Source: Chromera velia
Lineage: Eukaryota
Assembly (NCBI GenBank): GCA_018398765.1
Contig: JAHBMJ010000271.1
Span: 1-51,349 of the forward strand
DNA length: 51,349 nucleotides
Reading direction: 5' to 3'
Shown here: in pieces, positions 24,401 to 36,662 of the stretch
How positions within the stretch are numbered: position 1 is the first letter of the stretch
Layout of the letters: each line of letters begins with the position of its first letter
Notes under the pieces: generated by a model
Told to the model about the DNA's origin: nothing
What the model saw: the letters and a program-made list of their open reading frames with translations, nothing else
Database searches by the model: none
Translations under genes and position numbers: made by a program

Positions 24401-25394
24401 GACAAAAGGTCGACGCGGCAAAAGAGGAGGAGCCTGCTGCCGTTTGAGATGGCACAGGCGCTTCTTTTTCCGTCTGCTGGTTCTCTGTTTCCTTCCCCTT
24501 GTTTGGGCCCTTCTTGCTCTTCACACTCGTCAGAGAGCCGGGGCATCTGTCTGAAGTAAGACAACAGTCAAACGCAATGCAGTCTGTCGTATCGAAGCAG
24601 ACACCGCAGGTCGAAGAGGGGAAACAAAAGGGGCCGACAACACAGTTCATGTCTTCTCTAGATGGTGAATACACTGACAGGCGACTCGCCAAACACTCCT
24701 CGAACTGCTTCTTTTCCTTCTCTCTCTTGGTTATTAAATCAGCCTCCAGTTCTCCCTCTGTCGTTTCAGGAAGGGGGGAGGAAGTTTCCTTCTCTCTCTT
24801 GGTTATTAAATCAGCCTCCAGTTCTCCCTCTGTCGTTTCAGGAAGGGGGGAGGAAGCAGACGCAGAGGCAGAGGACTCATCCTCGGCACCTGTCTGCACA
24901 CCGTGCTCGTTGGTTTCTGTGTGCGGAATGTTTGCGTCTCCTCTCCTTCGGGGCACGGACTGAGCCCCGACGGAGACTGAAGATTCCAATTCGGTGAGGC
25001 CCATAATCTCATACAGGGTTAGGGGTGCTCCTGCTGAAGTCCTCCTCGCCTCCTCCCCTCCCACTGCCTGCGTCTCCGTCTGCGTAGCCACCGCATTCCC
25101 TCCCTCCGTACTACAAGCGGAAGTCTCTTTCCCTCCACCTCCAACCAGCTCTGTCTGCGTCTCCGTCTCTGTCTGAACTGCTACTCCCTCTCCTTCAACC
25201 TGTACTCCCACAGAGGCATTCCACCTTCCCGTCTCTCCCACTCTCTCTGTCTCCGCAAGTGAACCCGACTCACCCTCTACAGTCCCCGAATCACGTGGAG
25301 GCACCGGAGCATTCCGGAGGAACTCCTCAAGGCGCTCCACACGCCGATGGGCTGTAGCTTCCAAAATCAGATCTTCTCTCCTACTGTCGAACAT
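21474..25394 (-). CDS. RBR (RING1-IBR-RING2/Rcat) E3 ubiquitin ligase, about 989 aa, 4 exons (24196-25394, 22516-23982, 21798-21954, 21474-21620)
   Basis: RING1-like CGVCFD...FDCC...FCRKCL...LKCICG. IBR-like FRCECD...TRCCGTFFCWKCQTSH...GC. RING2 RCPNCRVPVLRSEGCNSMQCICGTQFCYAC with the catalytic Cys in EGCN. Junctions are in phase. Confidence 0.85.
24713..24856. repeat. 72-bp exact tandem duplication inside the RBR CDS
   Basis: Encodes SSPLPETTEGELEADLITKREKE twice. Confidence 0.95.
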
Positions 25395-26268
25395 CGTGTG
25401 TAATTCCTTTTATCTTTTTTATTTGGTCGAGATCTTACGGCAAAGTCTCACAAATACATAAAATCAAAGTGGAGAGAAGCCCTCTGCTTGACTCTTACTT
25501 CTCTACTTTCACCTTTGACTCAAATGAGTCTGATCAATGCAGGCCAAGTCTCTCTCCAGAACTCAACCAGATGAGACGACCACTCAACGAAACAGCACGG
25601 ATATATACAGCGGAGCGAGCGAGACCATTCACAACAAATCGTGATCTGTGCAATTGGTTTTGGGAAAGGGACTCCAAAATACTCCAAAGCAATTAAGGCT
25701 GCTGGAGTCATTTTCTCGTCTCTGAGAAAGAGCATGACCGAGCTGTGGCCCGAATATTCGCGCGGCGCCGCGTGCAGAGCGAAAAGTCCGTGCGAGCGCC
25801 CCCGCGGCGCCCCGCAATTAAGATAATTATATACGTGCCCCACAAGAGATCCACAAGTAAATCTTGTGCGTGCGTCAGCTATAGCCAAGCCATCTCGGCA
25901 GCCTTAATTGTGAGATTCAGAAATACTCAGAGAGCAATCCTGGACTCAGTTGAAACAGTCGGTGGCCAGGAATAGTCAGGAACATCAGCGGAGGAGCATT
26001 AGACGCTGTATACGCAGAAGCGCCTCCGCACCAACAAGTTGATTCAATTGTTGGTCTCTCCGACAAGGGAAGATTTCTGTGCATGGTTTTGTCGTCTTTT
26101 GTTTCCTCTGTTCGGCTTCCTTCCAATTACTCCTGGACAGCCGTGTGCGTCCCTGTATAGTAATATATTTTGAACCACTGCTCTGCAGTCTGACGTTTCC
26201 ACAGTGTGGGAGACGCAGTGCTTGCACCAGCCATCGCATCGAGAAGGTTTTAGAAAGGAGACGGCAAC

Positions 26269-26778
26269 ATGGCAGGAGCTGATGTTTCCGAAATATTTGA
26301 GACCATCCTGGATGAACTCACACCGGTGCCTGGGTGGTTAATTCGGAATATGCGGCTGATGCGGGAGCTGGACACACAGTGTGAATCCATCAGAGTCACT
26401 CTGGAGCAGAAGAGAGACGCATACTTGACGAACATGCAAGTAAGAATGAATATCCCCTCTCACGACCCGATGCTGCGGCAGAGGCTGGAGGCAATATACG
26501 AGGGGAAGGAGAACGGGAAGGAGACAGACAAGCAGTTACAGGAGATCACGCAGTATGAGAAGGACCTTCGTGCTGTCGCTGCAGAAAAAGTTGCGATCGC
26601 ATATAAGGTGGAGCAATTGATCAAGCACTACACGAAAGAAAACAAAGACAGGGCGTCGCCCTACCTCGGGGGGTTGCCGGAAGGAGCCGGGGGTGATCAG
26701 AAGGACGATGACAGAAGTAGGAGAGAGGAGGAGAAAGAGAACAGGAAGGAGAGACGAAAAAACCGAAATATTTCATAG
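26269..26778 (+). CDS. ING (inhibitor of growth) N-terminal coiled-coil domain protein lacking the PHD finger, 169 aa, intronless
   Basis: FETILDELTPVPGWLIRNMRLMRELD and AAEKVAIAYKVEQLIKHY match ING N-terminal motifs (LP.EL.R...LMRELD and EKV.LA...Y.LV..H). Basic NLS-like tail, then a stop. Confidence 0.75.
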   Translation: MAGADVSEIFETILDELTPVPGWLIRNMRLMRELDTQCESIRVTLEQKRDAYLTNMQVRMNIPSHDPMLRQRLEAIYEGKENGKETDKQLQEITQYEKDLRAVAAEKVAIAYKVEQLIKHYTKENKDRASPYLGGLPEGAGGDQKDDDRSRREEEKENRKERRKNRNIS

Positions 26779-26974
26779 AACCAAAAAAGTGAATGACTGT
26801 TTCAGTGAAACAATCCAGAGTCTCTCCTAGTCTCACGAATTCATGCACCGGCAGCGCATGGCTTGTTGCTTTTTGATGAGTTTTGAATCAGAAAGTTTTT
26901 GCACTGGGTAAAATAGAAATGCTGCCGTTTGACTTTTTTTGCCATGTCAGACTTCTCTTCGTTTCCGTTTCTTT

Positions 26975-27247
26975 GCTTTCCTTCTCCCTCTTTCCTTCCT
27001 TCCTTCCTTTTCTTTCTTTCTTTCCTTTCTTCCTTTTCTTTCTTTTCTTTCTTTTCTTTCTTTTCTTTCTTTTCTTTCTTTTCTTTCTTTTCTTTCTTTT
27101 CTTTCTTTTCTTTCTTTTCTTCCTTTTCTTCCTTTCTTCCTTCCTTCCTTCCTTTCTTCCTTCCTTGCTTCCTTCCTTCCTTCCTTCTTTCTGTCTTTCT
27201 TTCTTTCTTTCTTTTCTTTCTTTCTTTCTCTCTTTCTTTCTTTCTTT

Positions 27248-27303
<56 letters not shown>

Positions 27304-27595
27304 TTCTTTCTCTCTTTCTTTCTTTCTTTCTCTCTTTCTTTTTTTCTTTCTTTTCTTTCTGTCTTTCTGTCTGTCTGTCTGTCTGTCTGTCTTTTCTTTC
27401 TTTCTTTCTTTTTTTCTTTTTTCTTTTTTCTTTTTTTTTTCTTTCTTTCTTTCTGTCTTTCTTTCTTTCTTTCTTTTTTTTTTTCTTTTCTTCGTTTCTT
27501 CCTCCCTTCCTTCTTTCCTTACCTTTCTTACCCTCCCTTCCCTTTCTTTCCCTTCCTCCCCTTGCTTGCCTCTCTTCCCCCCCTTTCCTCTTCTG

Positions 27596-27638
<43 letters not shown>

Positions 27639-27663
27639 CCTGTCTGTCAGTCTGTCTCTCTCC

Positions 27664-27696
<33 letters not shown>

Positions 27697-27763
27697 CCCC
27701 TCCCTCCCTGTCTCTGAGTGTGTCTGTCTGTTCTCTCTCTCTCTCTCTCTTTGTCTCTCTGCA

Positions 27764-27801
<38 letters not shown>

Positions 27802-27886
27802 CCGCACCCTCTTAAAGGGTCTCTTTCTCTCTCCGAGTCTCTTTCCCCCCTCTCACTCTCACTCTGTGTTTGAAACTGTGTGTGTG

Positions 27887-27926
<40 letters not shown>

Positions 27927-27935
27927 TTTGTGTGT
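26975..27935. repeat. Compound CTTT/CT/GT microsatellite
   Basis: Visible tandem repeats. Confidence 0.95.
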
Positions 27936-28696
27936 GAGTGATAGGGAGAGAAATTGTACGTGTATGTGTGTCTGTTGTTTACCCTGAGCTGCTAATAATA
28001 CCCTCGAGGGTCGTTCGCCGGCTAGGCCATTCGCGGTGGTGAGGCCCGAACTAGGGCCCGAAGTGGTATAGATCGATGCAGTCGTGTTTTAATGTTGCGG
28101 CTAGAAAGGAATAAGGCACTAACAACTGCTTCAAAATTTAATAGTACGATGATAGACCTCTGGAAACCCTAAAAATTAGTAAAAAAAACGATTGGTCAGA
28201 GCCCTAGTCAGAGCTAGCCCCATTAGTAACCCCAGAGGTTGGTGTACGATGTACCCGCTTAATTTAAATTATGTTTTAAACTAGGTTTTAAATCAGTCTT
28301 TAATTCATACTGACAGACTGCCTAGCAGTGTGCCTTTTACCATTGGAACATGATGGCTGACGGGTTAAGTCCCATCATCATTATCATCAGTAACTCAGAA
28401 TATATAGCTTCAAATTAAGCCTTCAATGACTAGTTAACTAGTTCAATTCATTTCATTAATCTGTATTTTAATTTAATTTTAAAATAAAACGGTGAGTCGG
28501 CGACAATCACTAGGACAATCAGTTTAAGTTGTATGCAAAAATATTATTGGGCACAGCCGGAGTAGGCATGCATGCATCATTAAATTAATTAAAATTATTA
28601 GTTAAATCACTTTAATAATATAAATCAAGTTATGACTTAGTTAAGCAAGTATTCAAGTTTTTAAAAAAATGTATTCTTGCTAAATTAGCCTAAAAA

Positions 28697-30211
28697 ATGA
28701 TATACCGTTTGGCCTCTTATTGTCAGGAACATGGGTTGAAAGTGAATTCAAAGAAAACAAAAGTTCTTGCACTTTCAGGCTTAGGAAGGGAAATAGAAGG
28801 GGAAATGACTTTTGAAGGGAAGACAGTCGAACGTGTAGAGAGCTATAAATACCTGGAGTGTCGTATGTTTGAGGGAGGAGATCCAAGAAAGTCAGTCAGG
28901 GACCGACTTGAAAGTGCTGGACGCTGTTTGGGGGCAGTGCTGGGCACCTGTTCATCTTTAGGTCCTTTGCCTCCTCGTTGTAAAGTTCATTTACTGCAGG
29001 CACTCTAGGAGCCTGTGACAACGTACTCTTTGAAAGCTTTACCGGTAAGTCAGAGAGACATAGCAGTACTTGATGTTTTGCAGCTCCGTCTTGTACATTG
29101 GACTTTCCGTTTGCCCTATAACTCTTTCAAGGTACCAACTTTGGCTTCAGTTGGCATGCGTCCCATGAGAGAGATCCTTTCTTGCCGGGTGAGGGGGTTC
29201 ATAGAAAGTATAAAAAGAACAGAAAGAGAAGTCCCTCAGACAGTCTGGGCAGCTTGCTATAGATCACTAACCCCGGCATGGTCTAGTTTAGCCTGTTCTA
29301 TGCTTCAGACAATCGATGCCCCAGATCTCTTGAGAAAAGAAAGCTAGAGAGGGAGAAACGCAACGAATAAAGGGATTCTCAGGCAGAAAGCAAGGGACAG
29401 AGAAGCCTCAGAATGGCTGTCTGAATGGTTGATTTTGAGACCCACCAACGAGTAGAGAAACACCCGTTCATGTAACATCTATCCACGCCATTCCTTACTG
29501 AGTAATTTTCAGAGAGAGAACCGATTGCATCAACGTCTCGCCATGTTGCTTCTAGGGGGGGGGGTTGGAAAAGGGTGGGGTTACACAGTTCAAATGCATG
29601 CTTTGTCTCGCTCTCTCTTGTTTGGTGGCTCTCTTTTTACCTTTCTCTTTCGGGCATGTGTTGGGAGGGGGAAGAGGCATGGTGAATCGTGTGAAGAACA
29701 TTGTGCTCACTGCTCTACAGTCGAAGGCACAAAAGTGATTGACGATACGATGTATCGACTGACTGCATGCGTGCGAACAGAGCAGTCTCGATCCAAACTT
29801 TAGCTGCTGGCAAAGAGAGTGAAAGAGAGAACAAGAATCGGTGAAAGGGTTTGTAGAGCAAGATGCAGTGGATTCATTATATATTGCTACAGCTGGAGGA
29901 AGAGATATTGGAGAAGAAGAGACTTATGTCAGAGAGCTGGTTTCGTTCATCTTAGACCGGGAGCCGAGGAAAGCAAGTAGATTAATCGAAGCTTGTTTGA
30001 AATTAAAATGAGTGCACGCACGTCTTATGTGGTTGTTTAGCCTTTAGCTTCAGTCTAGGCTGTGAAGGTTCGTAGTTGTTCATATTTATGCGGAAGCACT
30101 GCCAGGCTAAGCTGCGGCGGCTTGCTCCTTTTATTTACAACTGCATGCATGGGTTGCTATTTGTCTCTGGTTTTGGAGACCTTAGGCTTAACGATAATTA
30201 AGTAAGTAAGT
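28697..30211 (+). mobile_element. 5'-truncated, decayed non-LTR retrotransposon (LINE ORF2 C-terminal part)
   Basis: RT end motifs YCQEHGLKVNSKKTKVL and VERVESYKYL(E). Post-RT region KVHLLQAL*EPVTTYS. Degenerate CCHC knuckle CAHC...DDTMYRLTAC. In-frame TAG stops at 29006, 29345 and 29801. (TAAG)n tail near 30199-30211. Confidence 0.85.
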
Positions 30212-30359
30212 ACTATACCCCCAGAACATTAATGTTATCCTCTACTATATTAATGTTATACCTAACTAATAATGCTATGTTATATAAATCTAAAAACATT
30301 GAAGAACGTAACTAACTAGTATCGATGCTATCATGATCAAAAAAATTTCTAGAAAACTA

Positions 30360-30834
30360 CCCTGCAGGTAGCTAGGATTTTGCGGGATTTTAGCCCAGGA
30401 TTTTAGCGGATTTTACGGGATTTTGTCCAGGATTTTAGCGGATTTAGGCGGATTTTGCCCAAAATTCTGCCGGACTATTTCTTCAGGATTTTAAAATCTA
30501 AAATCCGGGCTCTAGGGATTATAAAGACTAAAATCCTGGATCCTAGGATTTTAGAAATGAATGCCAGGATTTTACGGAATTATATTTTTCCCGTAAAATC
30601 CCGTATAATCCCGTAAAATCCTAGGAAGAGGCTAGGATTTTAGCTTTCTGCCGTGATTTTAGATTCTAAAGTCCTAGGTGTAGGGATTATATTTTTAACG
30701 TTAAGAGTCCCGGTTCTGAATCCGGCGGAATCCTGGGCAAAATCCGCTAAAATCCTGGCCAAAATCTCGTAAAATCCGCTAAAATCCTGGGTTAAAATCC
30801 CGCAAAATCCTGGCTACCTGCAGGGTTGCCAGGG
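30360..30834. mobile_element. Foldback/MITE-like element with about 110-bp inverted arms built from GGATTTT repeats
   Basis: Left arm CCCTGCAGGTAGCTAGGATTTTGCGGGATTTT... mirrors right arm ...AAAATCCCGCAAAATCCTGGCTACCTGCAGGG. The right end has a second CAGGG followed by TA. Confidence 0.8.
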
Positions 30835-33800
30835 TAGCTAGAGAATTTCTATGTTGATTCATCGTTCAATGGTTTTGATTGATTTTGCCAGGTGTGCTTG
30901 TTCATGATCTAGCTGAAAGACTGATTCAAACAATCTTGCAGTGGCTGACGTTTATTTTCGCGTCGGCGGCGTCGCGTTCTGTAGCTTGCAGGTCTAACTG
31001 ACTGAATGTCCTTCCATGACACGTATGATCAATCATTGCTTTGGACTGTATGCATGTGAGATCGAGGCGACAGGCATTTAATAGCAAATTGAACCCACCA
31101 ACAGCGAATCCAAGCATGCAGACGTTGAACGAGAAGGCGACTGAACTGTCTGCCCATCGGGTCAAATTCCCTTTTCTCTTTGCCTGCGGCGGCCTGCCTG
31201 CCTGCCTGCCTGCCTGCCTGCTTACCTGTCTGTGTCTATGATTGAGAGGCCCTCCTGTGTGCTTCCTCGATTTTCCTTAAGCGCTTTCAAAAAAGAAAAA
31301 AGCAATTTGCTTCGGCTTCTATTCCATTCTTCTCATACGTGCAGGCAAAAAGGGAAAACAGGGTTTTTCGCTGACGGAGAGTGCTTTCAATGATGCGTTC
31401 CACTTCCTGTGCTCCTTCGCTTTCACAGTCTCTCGTCTCCCTTGCCCGTCGGCCTTAGCGATCGACAAGTTCGTTGCTTTAGTATACAAAGCGGGAATTC
31501 TTCACCTGCAACGATACGATCTCCGTAGGACAGAACGTGGATCTCTCACCGCCCTCTCTCTCGTGGCTTGCGTGTTCGTTTGTGTGACATGCATGTGTCG
31601 GGCGCCTTGTTTGCCTACCGGATGACACACACACATGCGGACACACGATAACACACAAAACGAACAAACATACCAACCAACCTACCACCCGACCTCAAAT
31701 CCAAGGAAACAAAGGAAGCCAACCCGAACGACGCGATGCTGTCCGTCTGCCCACGCTTGCTTCCATCCATTCTGCACAGGAACCTTTTTTCTTCTGCTGT
31801 TTGGATCGCCAACTGAAAAATTGAAGAATTCTCTTTTGGCCTGAGGCTCGTCACAATTCATTCAGAGAGAATTTGGGGATTGGCGTTTTGTATTAGATTG
31901 CCGCGCATGCAGATGTCATTGTCTGTTCGTCATGGACTTTTTCATTGATTGCATAAGCAGAGCCAGAACCGGTCTCTCTCTCTCTCTCTGTCTCTCTTCC
32001 TTCTCTTTCTCTCACCACCCGATTGATTGAGAGCAGACTGTTGTGGAGACAAACGGGAGGGCATGCATGCCTCGGGAGTCAATTCACAAAGGAAGGAGTG
32101 AAGGAAGGCAAAAGGGACTCTCGTCTCTCTCTCGTGTATCTGACTGCATGGATTAGTTTGGTCTCTCGGTGCTGTCTGTCCGTCTGTCCGTCCGTGCGTC
32201 TTTCTCAAGCAGGAACCCGCGGACGTCTCTCTCGGAGACTCATCCCACCAGAAAAGACGAACAGGACAGACAGACACACAGACAGAGACAGAGAAGAAGG
32301 CGAAAACCACAGACAGATTGGGTCTGAAAACACCGTCATGACCCTGCCCTACCTCCCTGCGACCTCCTTTACACCCGTAAGTGAATTCTCCCTCCGGCCG
32401 CAGAACAAAGCCGGACGGCCACATCCCTTTCTGCCTCTCCGTCAGCGCTCTTAGCAGCAAGCCTCCACAAGAAAAGAGAATGACTCAGAGCCAGCTCCGG
32501 GAGCTCTGTGCTTAAACCAAACAGACAGGAAGGAAATCACATGTCGTCACGAACCTGCCCGTACTCATTTTGTTCAAGCAACGAAAGACGACATAGAAGA
32601 AACACAAATGAAAACAAAGGCTGAGAGAGAGGGAAGGCACAACACAACGACAGAAAGAAAGACACACCGAGGCACAAACGTGCAGAAAACTCATGAGGCC
32701 ACGCCCATGCATGCAGACAGGGCAAGAGATCAGAAGGCAAGCAGGTCTCAATACATGAAACGAGCAACAGTAGGGAGGGAGGGAGGGAGACAGGCAATCC
32801 AGACGGCCTCGTTTAACTCACACACGCACCGCCATGTACAACCCAAGCAAGGACACAGAGGTGCATCATGCAAGACAGACAGACAGACAGACAGATAGAC
32901 AGACAGACATGATGACAGGGAAAGGAGAAGACAGGCCATAGAACGGACAGGACGAAACAAAGACAGCAAGGCACAAAGAATTCAAAGGTCGATGAGAAAG
33001 AGAGATGCCATGCAGAAACAAAAGCGCTTCACATATTTCCTGATGGTAAAAATTGGGGCAGACGGGCGTCGGGAACGATTCGTGGGTTCTGAGGGCGACC
33101 AGCGACAAGGGCGATTCATGGAAAGAAGGGACGGAGGGCGACAACGACTTTCGAGGTTTCTTCGAGGCTACGCAGCGATTAAAAGAATGAAGAAACGAAT
33201 GCACGCACACACAGAATCACAAACAAACTGCAGCCTGCAGCCTCGTGCTCCTCGCCAGCGGACGCCGGACGCTCACGCAGCGATGAAATCGCTCCAGCAG
33301 TGTGCGTCTCTCTCCGTGAAAACCCCCTAGCTCTTTCCTTCCTCCCGACACCTTCTCCCCATCTGAAAACCAACCGACAGCCCCACCCTATCCCTTTCGT
33401 GACTGAGAAGAGAAGGGAAGAGAGTTTCCTCCATCCATGCAATGACAGACCGATTCGATCGATAGATCAACTTTTGATTGGCTTCGTTCGAATTTTAAAT
33501 CAAAAAATAAATCATTTGCAATTCATCATGAATGGACATGACCATGAAAGAAACAAGAAAAGCTCGCACCATGTATGAAGGCCTTCTGTGAAAGGCGAGA
33601 AGACGGACGAATTCATGAAAGAATGAAAAAGTGTCTGAGTCGTCCGAACCCGCAAGGAGTCTCTCTCTTCTTCTTTTCCTCCCTCCCTCTCACCTGTGCA
33701 TTTTTTTTCATGGGGGAAACAAGTAGTCGGGTGAGAGGAGAAGAACGGGAGGGGGGNNNNNNNNNNNNNNNNNNNNNNNNNNNNNNNNNNNNNNNNNNNN

Positions 33801-36057
33801 NNNNNNNNNNNNNNNNNNNNNNNNNNNNNGGGGGGGGGGGGGGGGGGGGATTGCCAAGCATTATCAGCCGGAAGTGGGCGAACAGATAGATCCCTCCTCG
33901 GCGAGCTCGAGCGCCAGCTGTATCTTGTTTGGGAACCATACTAACATGTCTGTGCCCGTACGCTCGTACGAAAACATGTCAGCACACTCTCATGGCCTGG
34001 AGCAAGTGAGAGATGACGACCTACTCTCTCTCTCTCTCTCTCTCTCTCTCGTTGTTTTCTTCGAGTCTCTTTTTCTTCTTTTGTGTCTCTCCTTTTACGT
34101 TGCTCTTCCTCCGCCCCAGAACTCTGGTATATCCTCTAGATTCCTCCATTCGACTCTGAAGAAGAGTCTGTACGGTGAGTGGGCGTCCGTCCATCCTTCA
34201 GCTAGGGGTCGGAGGAAAAAGGTTCTTGCAAGAAAAAGAACGGTAAAGCGTTTCGCCCCCCCCCCTTTTTATTGCACTGCCCTTTTCTTTTTGTCTGCCG
34301 AGTGCCACCTTTCATTCTCCATTCGTTTCATTTGTTTCTTTTCTTGCATGGACGCCATTTTCCCATTGTTCATCCGATGTATTTTTTGTTCGTCTTTTCC
34401 CGGCTTTTCCGCCGGACTTTGCCGAACCGGACTCTCTCTCTCTCTCTCTCTCTTGTCTTCCTTTCGGCCCGAATGCGCGTATGAAGGAATGCAACTGTCT
34501 GCATCAACTGTCTGTGTCTTTCGGCAGCACGCACGCACGAGCAAGAAGAAGAAGAAGAAGAGAAGTAAGTTAAGAGACTTAAAACCGAACTGACGTTACA
34601 TCTGATTCCCTTTGCCTCACCTCTCAGGGGACGCTCCTCCTTCTGTACTGTTTTCTCTTTGCAGGCAGGCAGAGCGGCAAGCAGCAAGGAGAAAGGAGGA
34701 TTCGCTAACACTTTCTGGAGGATCTTAACCAAGCAAGCAAGGGAACGAAGACACGAAAAGAAGAAGGAAAGAAGGAAGGAAGGAAGGAAGGAAGGCAGTA
34801 GGTGCACAATTTTCGGGCCTCCAACGTTGACCTACCCACCCACCCACCCACCCATCCATACAGGCATTCTATTGAACCACAAACCAACCAACCAACCAAC
34901 CAACCAGCCAGCATCTGCGCACAGAGCATGAAGCATCTTTCTCTCACACACACAAAATCAATAATTAGGCGGACGAAGTCCAAAGTCAGGAGGGGAAGTA
35001 GGTCGAGTCCTCTGGAGGCTCTGTGCCTCTCTCTCCCCTGACCCTCCATGACACAATCAATGCATTCGCATTTGTGAAGGCAGACTGTCCCTTCTTCTGA
35101 CAAAAAAAAAAAAAAAACGCATCAAGAAAGGAACAGCAAATGCGCAAAAAGGAACAGAAGAAGGATGGGAAAGATCGAACAAAGCCCAAGAGAGGGAATG
35201 AATGGGAAAGCACGGCCGGACTCAAATGCAAACACGGACAACAGACAAACAAACAAACAAAGAAAAGAGAAAACAAATAAAATCAGAACAAACGCCTCGA
35301 TGATCGCCTGCTTCCTCCCTCGCTTAGTTGTCACCTCGATCACTCTCTTCATCCATCCATCCATCCATCTGAAACCTTTTTTCTTTCTTTTCTTTCATTC
35401 TTTCTTTCTTTCATTCATTCATTCATTCTTTCTTTCTTTCTTTCTTTCTTGCAACTCCCTTTCACATCATCCTTCATCACAGTCACATCAGGGAGTGCAA
35501 CAGAAAGAAACAGAGAGGGAAAGGAGCGAAGGTACACTGATCTAGACGCCGACCAACAGAGTGACCAACAAAAAATGTGTTGCCGTTCTTCATCCCCTTC
35601 TCCCTTCCTTCACTCTTCATACAATTATTAGAAGCAACGCAAAACAAATCCTCTGCAAGCACAGCGAGGCTGTCCACGACGACCTCCCGGTTGCATGGTG
35701 GAGCCCCCCCTTCTTCCAATCGCTTTTCTGAATAAGATTCGTTTCTTCATTTCTTCTCCGTCATGCGATTTTATCTTTCTGCATGGCGGTTGACAGCTCT
35801 GAGGGAGGGGATCTCTTTTGCCATTCCTCAAACCAAACCGGTTTCGAGAGTTTTCATTTCCCTATTTTTTCGCATGTGAAAAAACGGATCAGTCGAGCAA
35901 TCAAGGAGGGTGGGGCAACAATTTTAGTTCAGTCATCCATTCATCAATCAACACACTGTTCCTCCCCCCCCCTATTTTTGACTTTCTTTCCCACCTCCCC
36001 CCCCTTAAATCTTCTCCTCGCAGCTGGAACCCCCCCCCTTCCCACCCATCACCCTCC

Positions 36058-36628
36058 CTACCCAGCCGTCGGAACCTCAGGCACCCCCAGGGGCAGAGAC
36101 GGGAAACGATCACCTTGCAGGAAGGCCGCAAACGCAAAGACGTCAGAGGGCACCATGCGGCGTCCCCCGAATCTTGCCATCGTTAGAGGAGGGCATGAAG
36201 GGGCGGAGAGCGGTTTCCTCTCTTCCACAGACCCCGACCCTGCCTGCTTCTCTTCCATCTCCCCGTCCTCCTCGTCCTCCAGATCCCTCTCCATCTCTGC
36301 GCACCGTCTCTTGATCATGGAGGCGGCTTTCATCTGACACACAGCGAACGCAACCCCCCACGGCTCTTTCTCCTTCTCCTCAGCCTTCTTCTCATAAGAA
36401 AAAGGGGGAGGCTGTAGGCGCGAGACACCTTTTCCTTGCTGCTCCTTCGAGCTCGAGGGATGACAGAGATTGTTGGAGGCAAGGGGGGGGCACTCTTCGG
36501 AACATGCGGCAGCCTTGGCGATCTTCACTGTCAGTGCGCCTGCACGCAAAGAAAGAGAAAAAAAAAATTGGGTAAGCCGCAACTCCCTTCTTCCTTCCGT
36601 CTTTACTTGTCGGCTGTTTTGCGTCCTG

Positions 36629-36662
<34 letters not shown>

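Noticed and set aside
21999..25394. 1131-aa ORF as a single-exon gene
   Set aside because: It reads through two introns and an N gap; the spliced RBR model explains it
26883..27937. 260-330-aa low-complexity ORFs
   Set aside because: Microsatellite translations
30360..30834. CRISPR array or telomeric tract
   Set aside because: No unique spacers, units are short and inverted, and they do not match TTAGGG/TTTAGGG arrays
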